From: Antedon mediterranea
Lineage: Eukaryota; Animalia; Echinodermata
NCBI RefSeq assembly: GCF_964355755.1
Contig: NC_092675.1
Span: forward strand, 179,612-243,611
Length of the DNA stretch: 64,000 nucleotides
Reading direction: 5' to 3'
Positions 12,621 to 27,600 of this stretch are shown piece after piece. Position numbers and translations under genes: made by a program. The stretch's first letter is position 1. Each line of letters starts with the position of its first letter. The notes under the pieces are model-generated. The model made no database searches and was not told the origin of the DNA. It saw nothing but the letters and a program-made list of their open reading frames with translations.

Positions 12621-14639
12621 CAAACAAGATGTAGAGAGATATGATGGGGACGGGGTAATTGCGATTTCGAGGTCAGCCTGTTGTTAAACTATTATAATCG
12701 ATACATATCGATCAATTTATTAAGTGGAATGTAACTTGTGTTTATACGTCTTATAGTGCCTCATTAACACCTCATAAAAGCAGGGATTACATCCAGCCTG
12801 CAGGTTAAATACAACAGTGGCAAACACTAATCTGCATCATCAGTGCCAGTGAGTGGGTGAGTCCATCCATCGCGGTCAGAGTCCGACTGCTGCTGTTGTC
12901 ACACTATATACGGCTACGCTACCTAGGCCAGGCCTAACATTTCAGCCTAGGCCTAGTCATCCCATATAGCTAGATAGATGTTGTCAAGTGTTCGAGGTGA
13001 GGTACGTTGTTGATGGGAATTATTTCATTGTATGTACTGTATGTTGTTGGTGATGGTGTGGGCATAGAAGTTGAAAAAATTAATTTAATCCGCGTTGACG
13101 GTTGACTACTGCTAGTGCTAGGCCTATAGGCTACTAGGCTAGTACTACAAAAAAATGAATTACTTTTGTTTTGTCAATGTTGGGTAAGTAGAGCTAGGCC
13201 TACTATACGATAAATAATTATTATTAATAACTTTTCAGTGCAAGTTTTACAATCACAATAATTGCTTAATAATTATGTATACTTTTTGGGGCTATAACCG
13301 GTATGCGTATCCGATTAAGAATGTACACTTATGACGTTTGGCTGCATGCATTGTATTTAAACAAGTCTAAATAGTGTTCTCAGAGTTGTTATGAATCAGT
13401 TAGCGTATCTACACCGAGTAGTATACCGACTAGTCTGTTTTTATTTAATATTTCATCTGTGATTCTGTTTTATTTGCTGAGACTTTCATGTGAATGAAGC
13501 ATTTCTTTACAATACAAAAAGCCAAGAAAACTCATTTTTTGTCACGAGTCACATTCTCCCACAATACCAGTGGAAAATAATGTCTGATTTTCAGACTTAA
13601 TAAAGCAGAATTTGGAATGTTTGTCTTTTAATATTAATTTATTTTTAGACTTTTTGGTAGCTACAGTATTTGAGAAGAGCAATATCTTATTCTTATTCAA
13701 GCAAGTAGATGAATATTATGATAATCAAAAATTGTGGCAATAAAAATAAATAGGTGCCCATTGTATCCTGAAAATGCTATAAATGAGTTTTTTAAATGAA
13801 TCAAAAGAGGATGAATGTTTGACAAAAGATGGGCGTTTGTTCTAAAGAGAAGATACAACAAAGGGAAATAATAACATTCTTGTTTTGTGGATTACAAAAA
13901 GAAGGCCAATCAATACAGTACCTCAAAGAGCATGAGATTTAACCTTCATCATTTAAAAATGTAGTTATTAAAAATTTACTGTATGCTCAAGCCTATAATT
14001 ACTCAATACTTAAACCTGAGAAAATAGCCCTTTATTGTGCTTTGCAATGTCAAATACAATGGCTTTTGTTATGATACACAACCCCCTGGGGGTCTATTGT
14101 GTCACTGGATGACAGTCAGTAATTCAGCATCTTAGTGTTTATTTGTATCACCTATTAATTGTGATAAAGTTGGAGTGTATTTACTTCACATTAGGAACAA
14201 TACAGTTAAACCATTCTGTTTTGTAAATTGTTTTATTTAAAACAATCACAGAGGCATACTTTTTTACCAGAATTTATTTTTTATTTTAATGATAACAACA
14301 CGTTAATTAGTATTAAAACATTTAATTAAAGTTTTAACATTTTATAAAGTATATTCTTGTTTTTAAGAATACTTTTTATCTATATTATCACTTCATTTTT
14401 TAGTATTTTGATGTTTTAATGTATTTTCAGTTTAAATGTATAATTGCCAAAAAAAAGTAAAATGTTCAGTTTATGGATCAATAAATAATCTTGAATCATA
14501 ATAGCTGCTAGCTGGTATCAGGTTTTGGTATAAAACACAGCATAACTTTGTTACTCCAGTTCTGATCGACTTTTAAATTTAGTTTCATTTGGTTGCAAGT
14601 TGCATTTCATTAAACGGGGAACATTGTCAATAACAATCA

Positions 14640-14823
14640 GAATTTGGAGTTAGTAGGAAACATTAGTGTGTTACTGTTTTTTTTCTATACTGTACCTCAC
14701 TAGCGAAAATATAGATTCCCTGCATCAGACAATTTGGAGTTAGTAGGAAACATTAGTGTGTTACTGTTTTTTTCTATACTGTACCTCACTAGCAAAAATA
14801 TAGATTCCCTACATCAGACAATT
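14640..14823. repeat. Two-copy ~90-bp tandem duplication
   Basis: AATTTGGAGTTAGTAGGAAACATTAGTGTG...ATAGATTCCCT.CATCAGAC appears twice consecutively. Confidence 0.85.
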
Positions 14824-15680
14824 TTTTTTATAGTTTTCAAAATTTCTTCATGGCTGCCATGCTAATACTGATATCTACAGTATCTAGTCAGTTCATGATG
14901 TCTCCATAGTGATTGTGTTAATTCAACATGTCCTACTTAATCATTTTAAGCATCACAAACACAATGTGCTTCTTGCAAGTATTATTGTTTCTCTTTCCAA
15001 TAAAACGGTTTCCAAGTTTGTTTATCTGTTTCCAAGGCAACTATTTTGATTGCTCATCACTGTATTCATGAACACTTGTTATTTTTTCAATGACACATGT
15101 TTCTTAAGCTCTTTATTTATATCAAACTTTATGTGACAAAAAAAAGTGATGTGCCCATGTATAGACAGGATGATGTCCTATCACTACCATATTTGGGCAT
15201 ATCATTACCATATTTGGGTATATCACACTTTTTTTGTCAAATAGCTTAATGAATACTGCAAGATTGCACTTTTGACGTCTTTGTATTGAACCTTACAATT
15301 AACAAAATGCAAATTTTAATATACAATAGATCTAATATTTCATAAATTTTGATTGACAACGGATCTTATTGAGTATTGTGTAACTGTACACCATCAGTTA
15401 CAGTACTACAATACATCACAACCAGAAAGTGGTCAAGCAAACAATTTTCCTTTTAAATGACAGATACTGTGGATACATTACACTTTTACTTTGTGCAATG
15501 TTTTTTTAATTTGAAATAGTTCTCTAGTGAAAAATGTTTCATTTCATTAATATTTGTTAAATTTCTAAATAAAAAATATTTTTGATTTGCAGTGCATTAT
15601 TGGTTATCAAATGGTTAACACAAGTGACCTTTGAAGATGAACATTAGTGCAACATTAAGTGTTGTATAACAAAGTTAAAG

Positions 15681-18600
15681 ATGCCTTCAACATCCGGAGG
15701 TATTGAAGGGGGAGGTGTGAATCACAGTGGAGATGATGTCAGCATTCAAAACACAAGTAAATACAACAGTATAATTACTTCATTAATTAGTACCCTGTAT
15801 CATAATAGAAGATAAGTCTAGGTTCTAGATGGAGTTTTGACTTAATATTAGTAAAAAGATACATTTTTACATATTGCATTTCATACGTACTGTATACTGC
15901 TTGTAAACTTGGGCAAAAATAAAAAAAGGCGACTGGTGGACTAACATAAAAAAAGTTTTGAAAGCTCTGTTGATTGTTGTAGGCTTCTTGCTAAGTAGAG
16001 TATATACAATTTGTCCTATATCATACTGTAAACAATCTTAGAAAACGTATTGTGTGTGTACAGTATAACAAGTTACTGTGTATCGTACATTAAGTACTGT
16101 AGAGCAAAATGTCACATGTGATGTAATGCAGTATTAATCCTAACTTAACATGGTATAGGAATCACATGTGTTACTGTATCATACCATGGAGCTATAAAAT
16201 TAGATAATTTTCCATGATCATACAATACAAATACATATTATAGATACAGTACCAACAAGTGGTTGTTGTTGATTGACCTGCAATATATTGGATTATTTAG
16301 AGCATAATTATTATAATATAATATTCACCATTAATTGTGTGTTAAGTATATATAATGTAATAAACATTTAACAAGTAATATTTACTGTGTTTTAATATTA
16401 ACATGCATGAATATAGATTGAGATTAATGTTTTTACTTTAATCAGTCTTACATCATTTATTCCTTAGATGAATTGTCAGATAGGAAAATAGAAGCGAGGA
16501 GAGATGACATGCTTGAAAATAGAAGTCAATTTGCGACCAAAAGTCGACACCATACAACAAGAAAGAAAACCAAGAGGCGGAAATTGTTAATATCTTTAAA
16601 TGTCTCGGCTACAAAATATGAAATTGGTAATAATTAATGTGTTTTGTGTTTTTTAGGTTTACTGAATGTTTTACTGTAAACATGTATTGAATGATATTCA
16701 TGCTTTAACTTCAGAATTTATGATCAACTTCATACCATTACATAAATAAAATAATATAATTATGATTCTTAGTACAGTACCGGACAGAATTATTGCATAT
16801 TTTGACAAATCTGGTATTCATCTATTTTGTACCATACAATAAAAGTCATATCATGATTTGCAACAGTTGACTACTATACTGTATTGTTTTTACAATTCCC
16901 CATTAAACTTTTTTTATATTTTTTCCAGTCCGGAAAGTTGCACATGAGTTTGGTAATTTATCAGATTTAGATGAAGACCCTTCGTGGTAAGTACTGTTTT
17001 AAAAATAATCAATTATTCAAAGCTCATATAAAGCTCAAACCTACAGCTCTTTTGCTGCTTTTGTATTTATATATAAGTATAACTTTCAATATTTGATATT
17101 GAACTTATGAGAAAATTGCATGTGGTGGTTATCGTTAATCAATTATGTTACATGATTATTAACCAAAAAGAGTTTCATATTTTCCTCTTCATTTTTAATT
17201 GTAAGTTATACCTAAGATATGGCAATAATTTGATAAATACAATTTCTCACTTTTGTCTTTAGTTTTTTGTTCTGGAATGACACAGCCGTTCCAAACGAGA
17301 GAATAGCGGAATTAAAACCATATCAGGTTAGTATTTTATTGCATAAATCTAAAGCTCTGTCTACACTATCAAACTAGTTTGACAAAAAAAAAGAAACAAA
17401 TAGAAAGTAGCAAATTAGTTTCAGCACACTACTGCCAGTCGCTGCAATGGCAATAACAGATGGTGCTGTATAACATTTTTTTAGCACTACAGCATTTAAA
17501 GAACATATAAATCCTGCCTCTTGTACTTAAAACAGCTTGTATCAATGAAGATTTACAGACATGCAAATGTATCATTTGAATCATTAATTGAAAACCATTT
17601 TATTTGTCATTGTAGAGAATTAATCATTTTCCTGCCATGGGTGAGATCTGCCGCAAAGACTGTCTCGCAAGAAATTTAGCAAAGTAAGTCATTTTTTTTT
17701 TTTTTTTTTTTTTTTATTCAGTATATTACACAGAGGCGCCTTACAAGATGGAACCATCTTAGCTTCAAGGCGCCTCAGATTAACAAATACAACATTTTAA
17801 AATAACTAACAGAAACATCAATTAAATCTTCCAGAATTAACAAGAAATTGTTGTACATAATAAAATAATAAAGCATTTTCACAATTCGAAAGAAGATCGG
17901 AACCAAAAATAAAAATTTCACTTAAAAATGTAAAATTAAATGTTAAAGAAAAATCCTTGGCTAAGATATCCTCAATAATTGAGTTAGCGCTTACAAGTAG
18001 AATATCTCTTTGTGTATTATAATTAGGGCAGTAACATAAGAAATGAAGCGGATTCTCAACATTAAAGCCACAAGTACAATTTGGATTGTCCCGAAGTCCA
18101 TGTAAGAATAAATGCGAATTGAGACAGCTGAAACCAAGTCGGATTCTAGTGTGAATTTGGTTAATCTTCTTATCACCTGTATCATAATAAGAACGTTTTT
18201 TTGTTTCAAACAAATTGGATTTCAGTAGCAATTTTTTAAACTCAACAAGAAATGAGGAATTTTTTATTTCATTATTTAACTCATTCCAATGTGTTATAAT
18301 AGATGGGACAAAAGATAAACGATATGATGTGGTCTTACAAAATGGAATTATTATATTTCGGATGTTACGCAAGTTATAAACTTCAATATTGTCAGAAAAA
18401 TTAAATAAGGAGTAAAGTAAGTCATTTAGTGGCCTTATTTAATCTAGTTTTACATAAACATTATTAAAGATGTACAGTTACTGTAAGTGGTGGATAAGAA
18501 ATTGGTTTATTCCAGATGAACACAAAGAAGACCATACAGTAGAACCACTATTAAGGGGACACCTTTGGGACACAAATCAGCGCGTCCTCTAAATACTAAT

Positions 18601-21600
18601 AGAAATGTCCCCTGGATAAGGGTTGGCTGCAGTGTATATATTGCTGCCTGCCACTAGTTTGTTTCACAAGAAAGTGTCCCCTGGATAAGGGTTGGCTGCA
18701 GTGTATATATTGCTGCCTGCCACTAGTTTGTTTCACAAGAAAGTGTCCCCTGGATAAGGGTTGGCTGCAGTGTATATATTGCTGCCTGCCACTAGTTTGT
18801 TTCACAAGAAAGTGTCCCCTGGATAAGGGTTGGCTGCAGTGTATATATTGCTGCCTGCCACTAGTTTGTTTCACAAGAAAGTGTCCCCTGGATATTAGGG
18901 TTGGCTGCTGTGTATATATTGCTGCCTGCCACTAGTTTGTTTCACAAGAAAGTGTCCCCTGGATAAGGGTTGGCTGCAGTGTATTTATTGCTGCCTGCCA
19001 CTAGTTTGTTTCACAAGAAAGTGTCCCCTGGGTAAGGGTTGGCTGCAGTGTATATATTGCTGCCTGCCACTAGTTTGTTTCACAAGAAAGTGTCCCCTGG
19101 ATAAGGGTTGGCTGCAGTGTATATATTACTGCCACTAGTTTGTTTCACAAGAAAGTGTCCCCTTATTAATAGTGGTGTCCCTAAGTAGGGGATCTACTGT
19201 ATTCTTAAAAGTTTCTAAATAATTTACTCAAATACAATTTGTCTTTATTTGTAATATCATTATTATTATTATTTTTACATAGAATGATGAAGGTACATCC
19301 ACATGAATACAATTTTTCTCCCAAAACCTGGATCTTTCCCGCGGAATACAGTGCATTTCAATGTTACGTACGAGAACTGAAACGCAAAAATAAGAAGCAG
19401 ACTTTCATAGTGAAACCTTCGAATGGCTCAATGGGCCAAGGGTATGTATTCATCTTTGTTAAGCTCTGTCTACACTATCAAACTATAGTTTGTCAAAAAA
19501 GTGTGATGTGTCCAAATATGGTAGCGATATGCCCAAATATGGTATTGATATGGCATCATGTTCATGTATGGGCACCTCACTTTTTTTTTCACATAAAGTT
19601 TGTTAAAGTTAGTGTTAGACAGAGCTTTACAGATCTTTTTATTTGTACCGTAATAAACTATTTTCTGTTTTGTAGACTAGAGGCAAATGATTTTCAAATT
19701 TACAGTAGTATTAAACCTTCCTAGTACAATTCTGGCAATTTTGATACACCATGTATATGAATGCGTACTGTAGCAAAAATATAACAAAAATCACACAAAC
19801 TCTCTCTCTCTTGTACATTATAATAGATTCATTTATTCTTAAACAAGTATATATATATATATAGTATAAAAGACACTTGTATACTATACTTTGAGCGTTG
19901 AATAAACAGTCATTCCACTCAATGAAACAATAAACTCCTAAATAAAATCAATACATTTTACAATGTTTAAACCACTTGTTTTATTTGCATGTGTTATTTA
20001 AAAGTTGAAAGTCCAATTCAATCCATTTATATATCATATTCTTAGTTCAAAATGGTACATAACATAACACATAATAAACATGTACACAATGAGAATGTAT
20101 TTGTTTAAATGTAGAATGATAAACAATATTATCACAAAAGTAGAAGACATTTACATATAAATATCTGATTTATTTATGATTTATTAAATTTTTTTCCCAT
20201 TAATTTTCTTTTCTAGCATTTCTTTATTTCGAAATGGTGAGAGAATTCAACAACAAGACCATACAATTGTTCAGGAGTATCTAGATCGGCCTTTCTTATT
20301 GGAAGGTTACAAATTTGACCTCCGTATTTATGTTTTGGTGACATCATGTGACCCTTTAAGAGTTTTCCTTTTTAATGATGGCCTTGTTAGATTGAGTACA
20401 CAAAAGTATGCCTCCCCATCAGATGGAAATGTGGTGAGTCAGAATATTGTTGAATATTTATTAATTGTTTGAATTTCAATAATTAATAACTTTGGTTTTG
20501 ACCAATGTACACCATTATATGCATGCATTGAGGATGTATAGTAATAGTACTAGTACAGTATGTTAGGGTTAGGTTATGCATGCATTGAGGATGCATGGTA
20601 ATAGTACTAGTACAGTATGTTAGGGTTAGGTTATGCATGCATTGAGGTTGTATAGTAATAGTACTAGTACAGTATGTTAGGGTTAGGTTATGCATGCATT
20701 GAGGATGCATAGTAATAGTACTAGTACAGTATGTTAGGGTTAGGTTATGCATGCATTGAGGATGTATAGTAATAGTACTAGTACAGTATGTTAGGGTTAG
20801 GTTATGCATGCATTGAGGATGCATAGTAATAGTACTAGTACAGTATGTTAGGGTTAGGTTATGCATGCATTGAGGATGCATGGTAATAGTACTAGTACAG
20901 TATGTTAGGGTTAGGTTATGCATGCATTGAGGATGCATGGTAATAGTACTAGTACAGTATGTTAGGGTTAGGTTATGCATGCATTGAGGATGTATAGTAA
21001 TAGTACTAGTACAGTATGTTAGGGTTAGGTTATGCATGCATTGAGGATGCATGGTAATAGTACTAGTACAGTATGTTAGGGTTAGGTTATGCATGCATTG
21101 AGGATGCATGGTAATAGTACTAGTACAGTATGTTAGGGTTAGGTTATGCATGCATTGAGGTTGTATAGTAATAGTACTAGTACAGTATGTTAGGGTTAGG
21201 TTATGCATGCATTGAGGATGCATGGTAATAGTACCAGTACAGTATGTTAGGGTTAGGTTATGCATGCATTGAGGATGTATAGTAATAGTACTAGTACAGT
21301 ATGTTAGGGTTAGGTTATGCATGCATTGAGGATGCATGGTAATAGTACTAGTACAGTATGTTAGGGTTAGGTTATGCATGCATTGAGGATGCATGGTAAT
21401 AGTACTAGTACAGTATGTTAGGGTTAGGTTATGCATGCATTGAGGTTGTATAGTAATAGTACTAGTACAGTATGTTAGGGTTAGGTTATGCATGCATTGA
21501 GGATGCATGGTAATAGTACTAGTACAGTATGTTAGGGTTAGGTTATGCATGCATTGAGGATGCATAGTAATAGTACTAGTACAGTATGTTAGGGTTAGGT

Positions 21601-24600
21601 TGTGCATGCATTGAGGATGCATGGTAATAGTACTAGTACAGTATGTTAGGGTTAGGTTATGCATGCATTGAGGATGCATGGTAATAGTACTAGTACAGTA
21701 TGTTAGGGTTAGGTTATGCATGCATTGAGGATGCATGGTAATAGTACTAGTACAGTATGTTAGGGTTAGGTTATGCATGCATTGAGGATGCATGGTAATA
21801 GTACTAGTACAGTATGTTAGGGTTAGGTTGTGCATGCATTGAGGATGTATAGTAATAGTACCAGTACAGTATGTTAGGGTTAGGTTGTGCATGCATTGAG
21901 GATGCATAGTAATAGTACTAGTACAGTATGTTAGGGTTAGGTTATGCATGCATTGAGGATGCATGGTAATAGTACTAGTACAGTATGTTAGGGTTAGGTT
22001 ATGCATGCATTGAGGATGCATAGTAATAGTACTAGTACAGTATGTTAGGGTTAGGTTGTGCATGCATTGAGGATGCATAGTAATAGTACTAGTACAGTAT
22101 GTTAGGGTTAGGTTGTGCATGCATTGAGGATGCATAGTAATAGTACTAGTACAGTATGTTAGGGTTAGGTTATGCATGCATTGAGGATGCATGGTAATAG
22201 TACTAGTACAGTATGTTAGGGTTAGGTTATGCATGCATTGAGGATGTATAGTAATAGTACTAGTACAGTATGTTAGGGTTAGGTTATGCATGCATTGAGG
22301 ATGCATGGTAATAGTACTAGTACAGTATGTTAGGGTTCGGTTGTGCATGCATTGAGGTTGTATAGTAATAGTACTAGTACAGTATGTTAGGGTTAGGTTG
22401 TGCATGCATTGAGGATGCATGGTAATAGTACTAGTACAGTATGTTAGGGTTAGGTTGTGCATGCATTGAGGATGCATGGTAATAGTACTAGTACAGTATG
22501 TTAGGGTTAGGTTATGCATGCATTGAGGATGCATGGTAATAGTACTAGTACAGTATGTTAGGGTTAGGTTATGCATGCATTGAGGATGCATGGTAATAGT
22601 ACTAGTACAGTATGTTAGGGTTAGGTTGTGCATGCATTGAGGATGCATGGTAATAGTACTAGTACAGTATGTTCAATATGTGTACATTTTTTAGTCATTT
22701 TTTTGGTGATACTTTGAAGAGTTCTGTATAAATAACATAAATTATGTGCTTTGTATTTTAGTGTTATAATGATGAGCAATTATATTGAAAAGTCATTGAG
22801 ATTTCAGTTTTTAATTAACACCAATCATATTTTAGCTTTTGATATGAGGTTTGTTTTTTGGCTAGCGATGTTAAGTATTTATTAACTATTATACAATACA
22901 ATTTATCTTTGCAGGAACAATTGTATATGCATCTCACAAACTACTCGATTAACAAGAGAAGTGAGAACTTTCAACGCAATGAAGATGTTACCAAGGGCAG
23001 CAAAAGATCCATTCAGTTCTTTAATGATTACCTCCGCAAGAATGATTACGATGTTGCCGCCATATGGAAAAGCATTGCGGTGAGTTCTCTTCATTCTTAA
23101 GCTCAGTCATTTTTTGTCACATAAACTTTGATAGTGCAGACCGGGCTTTTCTCTTAAAAGTCACACAAGGTTTTTGGCATACCCAAATGGAATCTGTCCC
23201 TTTTGTTAAATAAATGCCCTTGAGATTATAAGGTAATGATCACCATAAGTAATATTGAGTATGATTCTATTACCACAAAACCAACATTGGTAAATGTAAA
23301 TATCTCATTTTGTGTCATTGTCTTAGACTTTAGGAAGTGTAAAACCATGACTAAACTAAATTTTGTAACATAATAAGAACAAAACTTTTAGGCTGGTATC
23401 ACCAGTCAAAGTTACTTATACTTACTGAAATAAGTACTGAAATAATCAAATAATCGCAAACAATAATAAAAAAATAAAATGATAATACTAAACTAACTTA
23501 TTTTGTTTGTTATGCGTTGATACTGTATCTACATATGACTCACTTTAACAGTACAATAAATTGTGTGTTTGTTTAGCCAAACACAATTAATCAGGATATA
23601 AACAACTTTTACCTTCTTTCAGGACGTGATAAACAAAACGTTGATTGTTTCTGAGCCGCATGTGTTGCATGCCTATAGGATGTGCCGGCCAGGAACTGCT
23701 GGCAATGACAGTGTTTGTTTTGAAATACTTGGGTTTGACATATTCCTTGATAAGTCACTCAAACCTTGGTTGTTAGAGGTAAGACATCGCGCCATCTTTT
23801 TTATACAAATCCTAATTGCAGATATCAATAAAATCTCTTCTTGTAAATATATTCTGGACTCGCCTTGGAACTTGACTTTTTGGTCCAGCCAAAAATTGTA
23901 CATACAGTATAACATTATAAAAGTGTGTTATACAAAACATGTCTATTAGCTTCATAATGTCAATAATGAAATGATAACCTAAAAATAAAGTTTGAAATTG
24001 AAAAGAATGTCCTTCTTTGTGGCATACCTATTAAATGAGAGGTTCTGCTGTATTCTTAAAAGTTTCTCAATAATTTACTCAAATAACACATTTATGTCCG
24101 TAATAAGGGAAATTTTGTTGGGTCTTAAGGTGTCCTCTTAATAGCGTTCGACTAAAAAGTAAAGGTAAATAATTGTGCATTTTAAAAATAAAATTTTAAA
24201 AGTTCTTCAAAATGAGGTTTGGCTCTATACTAACCAATGCTCTAGGAATTGTAGGAATGTAACTAACTGAAAAAATCATTTTACTAGATTTTTTTTTTCT
24301 ATTCGTTTAGATTAATCGAGCTCCAAGTTTTGGAACAGATGAGAAGATTGATCTGGATATTAAAGGTGCTTTACTGCATGATGCATTTAGATTAATCAAC
24401 ATGAAGCCATCAGATAGACGGAAGGGAATGGCAGCCCAGAAGGCAGAGTCAAGACGGAGACTGTTCAGGCCTAGCAAACGATTAGACTTGGATTTGACAG
24501 TAAGTGAACACTACCACAGTAAACAATTGGCATCATTGTCATTAGCCAAAAGAGGACCTGAATAAAAAAGAAAATTTTTCATGAATATAACATCATAAAA

Positions 24601-27600
24601 TGTTTAAATTTTGTTCAAATTAAAATAGAAAACTCTATTAAAACTGCATTTAATATGTGAATCACAATGACAGTCGCCCTAATCAATATCGAACTATAAA
24701 ACGTTTATATGACAATTACACCATTTGTTTTTAGGTTTAATGGTTTTTTTTTGCATTGTCCTTGTTTTTAAACCTACAATCTTTTATATAATTCTATTCA
24801 TTCTATTGCTGTAGGATATTGATCGCAGAAAAATTGTTGTTGACAGAAGGAAAGAAGAACTAAAACAAAAACTGATCAGCATTCGCCGAGATAATGCTCG
24901 GGAAGATTTTGAGAATTGTAACATGGGGCGGTACCAGCGAATATTTCCTCCTCCAGATAAAAGTTCACAAGATCGGTATCGGAAGCTCATCAGTGATGCT
25001 TTTAACATTTTTCTAGCAGGGCGTGCTGCTTCACTTCAAAAAGAAATTGCTAAACTACTCAATGGATCACTTAGGGTAATGAAAGATTGTAACCCCCTTA
25101 GTAAAATGGACTAGTCTATGAACTTTTTGTCAATTAAATCTCCTTAATTTGTAGAATGGCTGTAAAGTTGGAGGACTGTCTTTTTGAATGACATAGATTC
25201 TTGGCCTATCATTCGTCAATGATTTAGAATGGATAAATTGAATAAAATGATTAATGTTTTGTATTCATTGAATGGAGAGAATATTTCATTTGATGAAAGA
25301 TTGACAGGTCTATTTTCAACTCATGAAATATTCACACAATCAAAGTCATAAACATTCATTATTTGTATATTAAAGTAGTTTTTACTTACAATATTATTTT
25401 CTTTTTTACATTAATAGGAGGATGAGATAATTGATATGTTACAAGCTTGTGATATTGAAGATGATGGAAAACAAAAGTTATTTAAAGGTCCTAAGGTATG
25501 CAAATGGAAAATATAATATACATCTCAAAATTATGAGATGGTATGCCCTATAAAAAAAGTCTTCTTGGATGCTATGCTTATAAAAATGCTTGTGTGCGCT
25601 TTAAAGAACCTAATACATCTTTCGAGATGAGTTGGGGTTACCCCGGTGTACTAGCTCATACATCCATTGTCGTGGACAAACGAATGAGCGCTAGAATTGG
25701 CAGCACTGACATGACCCTTAGGGAAGAAGCATGTAGTTGAAAATTGTAGCAGTTAAGTTTACACAGTGCCATGAGCAAGGATCGTTGGAATGGTGGCTAT
25801 ATAAATAGATTAGGAAATAATATTATTAAGATAAAGAAGTATTATTTTTGTTTAATTTCTTAGCCATTATCATCTATGCCATCTGTTGTTGATGAGATTC
25901 CAGAGTATGATTCAAGAGCGTCTTCACCTATTTCAACCTCAACACACAACTCAGTAACAGATTTCAAGACCAGGCTAACAGCTAGTCAATCTCAAAGTCA
26001 GCTAAACAAAGCAAAGAATCCCATTCCTAAACGACCGCAATCTGCTCAGAAATTAACCACTAGTTCAAGACCTCATTCCGCTCATCTAACTAGTGCATTC
26101 CAAAGAACAGTGAACCGTAAAAATCAACCTTATCAACTAAGTGCATCGGATGGAAACTTGGTAGGTCAAAGGTTATATTGTTTCAATGGAAAGTTTCCAC
26201 TCACTGAAATTAAATGCATATTGTTTATTATATGCATTTAAATGAATTAGTTTCTTGTACGCCACTGTTGTTCATCACAAAGACATATGTCATGCAACTA
26301 CGTCAGTGCAGTAGATTTTGTTGTATATAAACTATTGGTCAATAATTTGAGGTATTTACATAGAAAAATCTTTTTTCTAAGTTGGAAATTTCATGCACTG
26401 TTTTGAAACAAAATAACTTATTGATAACAAGAATTTTTTTCAAGGTTCCAGGTATTATTTTGAAAGTTTTTATCTTCTATGGAAGGAAATATTAGTTTAG
26501 TCTACCTCGTCTGTTTTAATAACCTTGTATTGCTAAGTCATAGCAAACAATGGCAATTGCTGAAAATATTTTAGATATAAATGTCGACTGATATTATCCC
26601 ATAAAAAATAATGTGACAAATTGTTGTTGGATAGGCCATTTTAATGTCCCATAATTGTTACTTTGAACAAAAATTGGAGCGAGGAATATGGCGGTTTGGT
26701 TAAATATAATTTTTATTTTCAATTTTTTGGATGGCCACAAAATTGAATAACTTTATTAAAACTACAAAATGGTCTATTCAAAGTTTGATTTTATTTATGT
26801 TTCTTGTTTTGTTGGAAAATATATACTATTTATGATTTGTAAGATGCAAGCTAAAATTTATTACTTTCATCGGTAAATGAATATGTTAATTACCAGTATT
26901 GTAAAATAAAACTTCACTTTGTCATACATCTTTGTCCCAACAGAGTGAAATTTCAACATCTGCTTTAGACAGAGAGGAAGAAATGATGCGAAAGACGTTA
27001 ATGGCGCTTAACGATATGCGAATCAAGTTTCCTGGGAAAACAGATGAAGAAGCAGATATTATTCTTAACCAAGTAATCTAAATACTAAACTTCCTTTCAT
27101 AATAGAATAATGATTATCGTTAATTTACACTAAGTTAGTAGTTTTCGCAAACAAACCCAACACAATACTTCTGTAATGTATTAACTGGGTGTCTTACAAA
27201 TAGCCATAACAGCTAAAACAAAAACTAAAAAGAAAGATTTGTGGAAAGGTTTCATCGCATTTCAATTAAATTATTAATGCAAAATTTGTTATCATTATGT
27301 AAAGGTAAAAAGATTGCAGAATCCCCGGAAAAAGTTTTAGGCCTAAAAATTGTGTTTTTGTGTTCACCTTTGTAGATTTGCTTTGTGATTGTTTTTGTCA
27401 GAAAGCTTAATTTTTAATGTGTTGTTTTTTTCACCTTTCTATTTAATATTTGTTTGAACAAAAGTGTTTTTTGTTATTGTTATAACGCCAATCATGTGAT
27501 CAACGTTCTGGACTGTCCTAGATTAAAGTAAACAATTCACTCTTTACCTGCATAATATTACAGCACAGGATATCCTACCAAACTAGATACTGTACATTAG

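Noticed and set aside
18596-18874. 92-aa repeat ORF
   Set aside because: Translation of the 69-bp array inside a MITE.
20560-22625. True or interstitial telomere
   Set aside because: Only TTAGGGTTAGG once per 57 bp, not a contiguous (TTAGGG)n tract.
20483-22648. 721-aa ORF as a real protein
   Set aside because: It is entirely a 57-bp (multiple of 3) stop-free repeat, antisense in a TTLL7 intron, with essentially no unique sequence or signal peptide.
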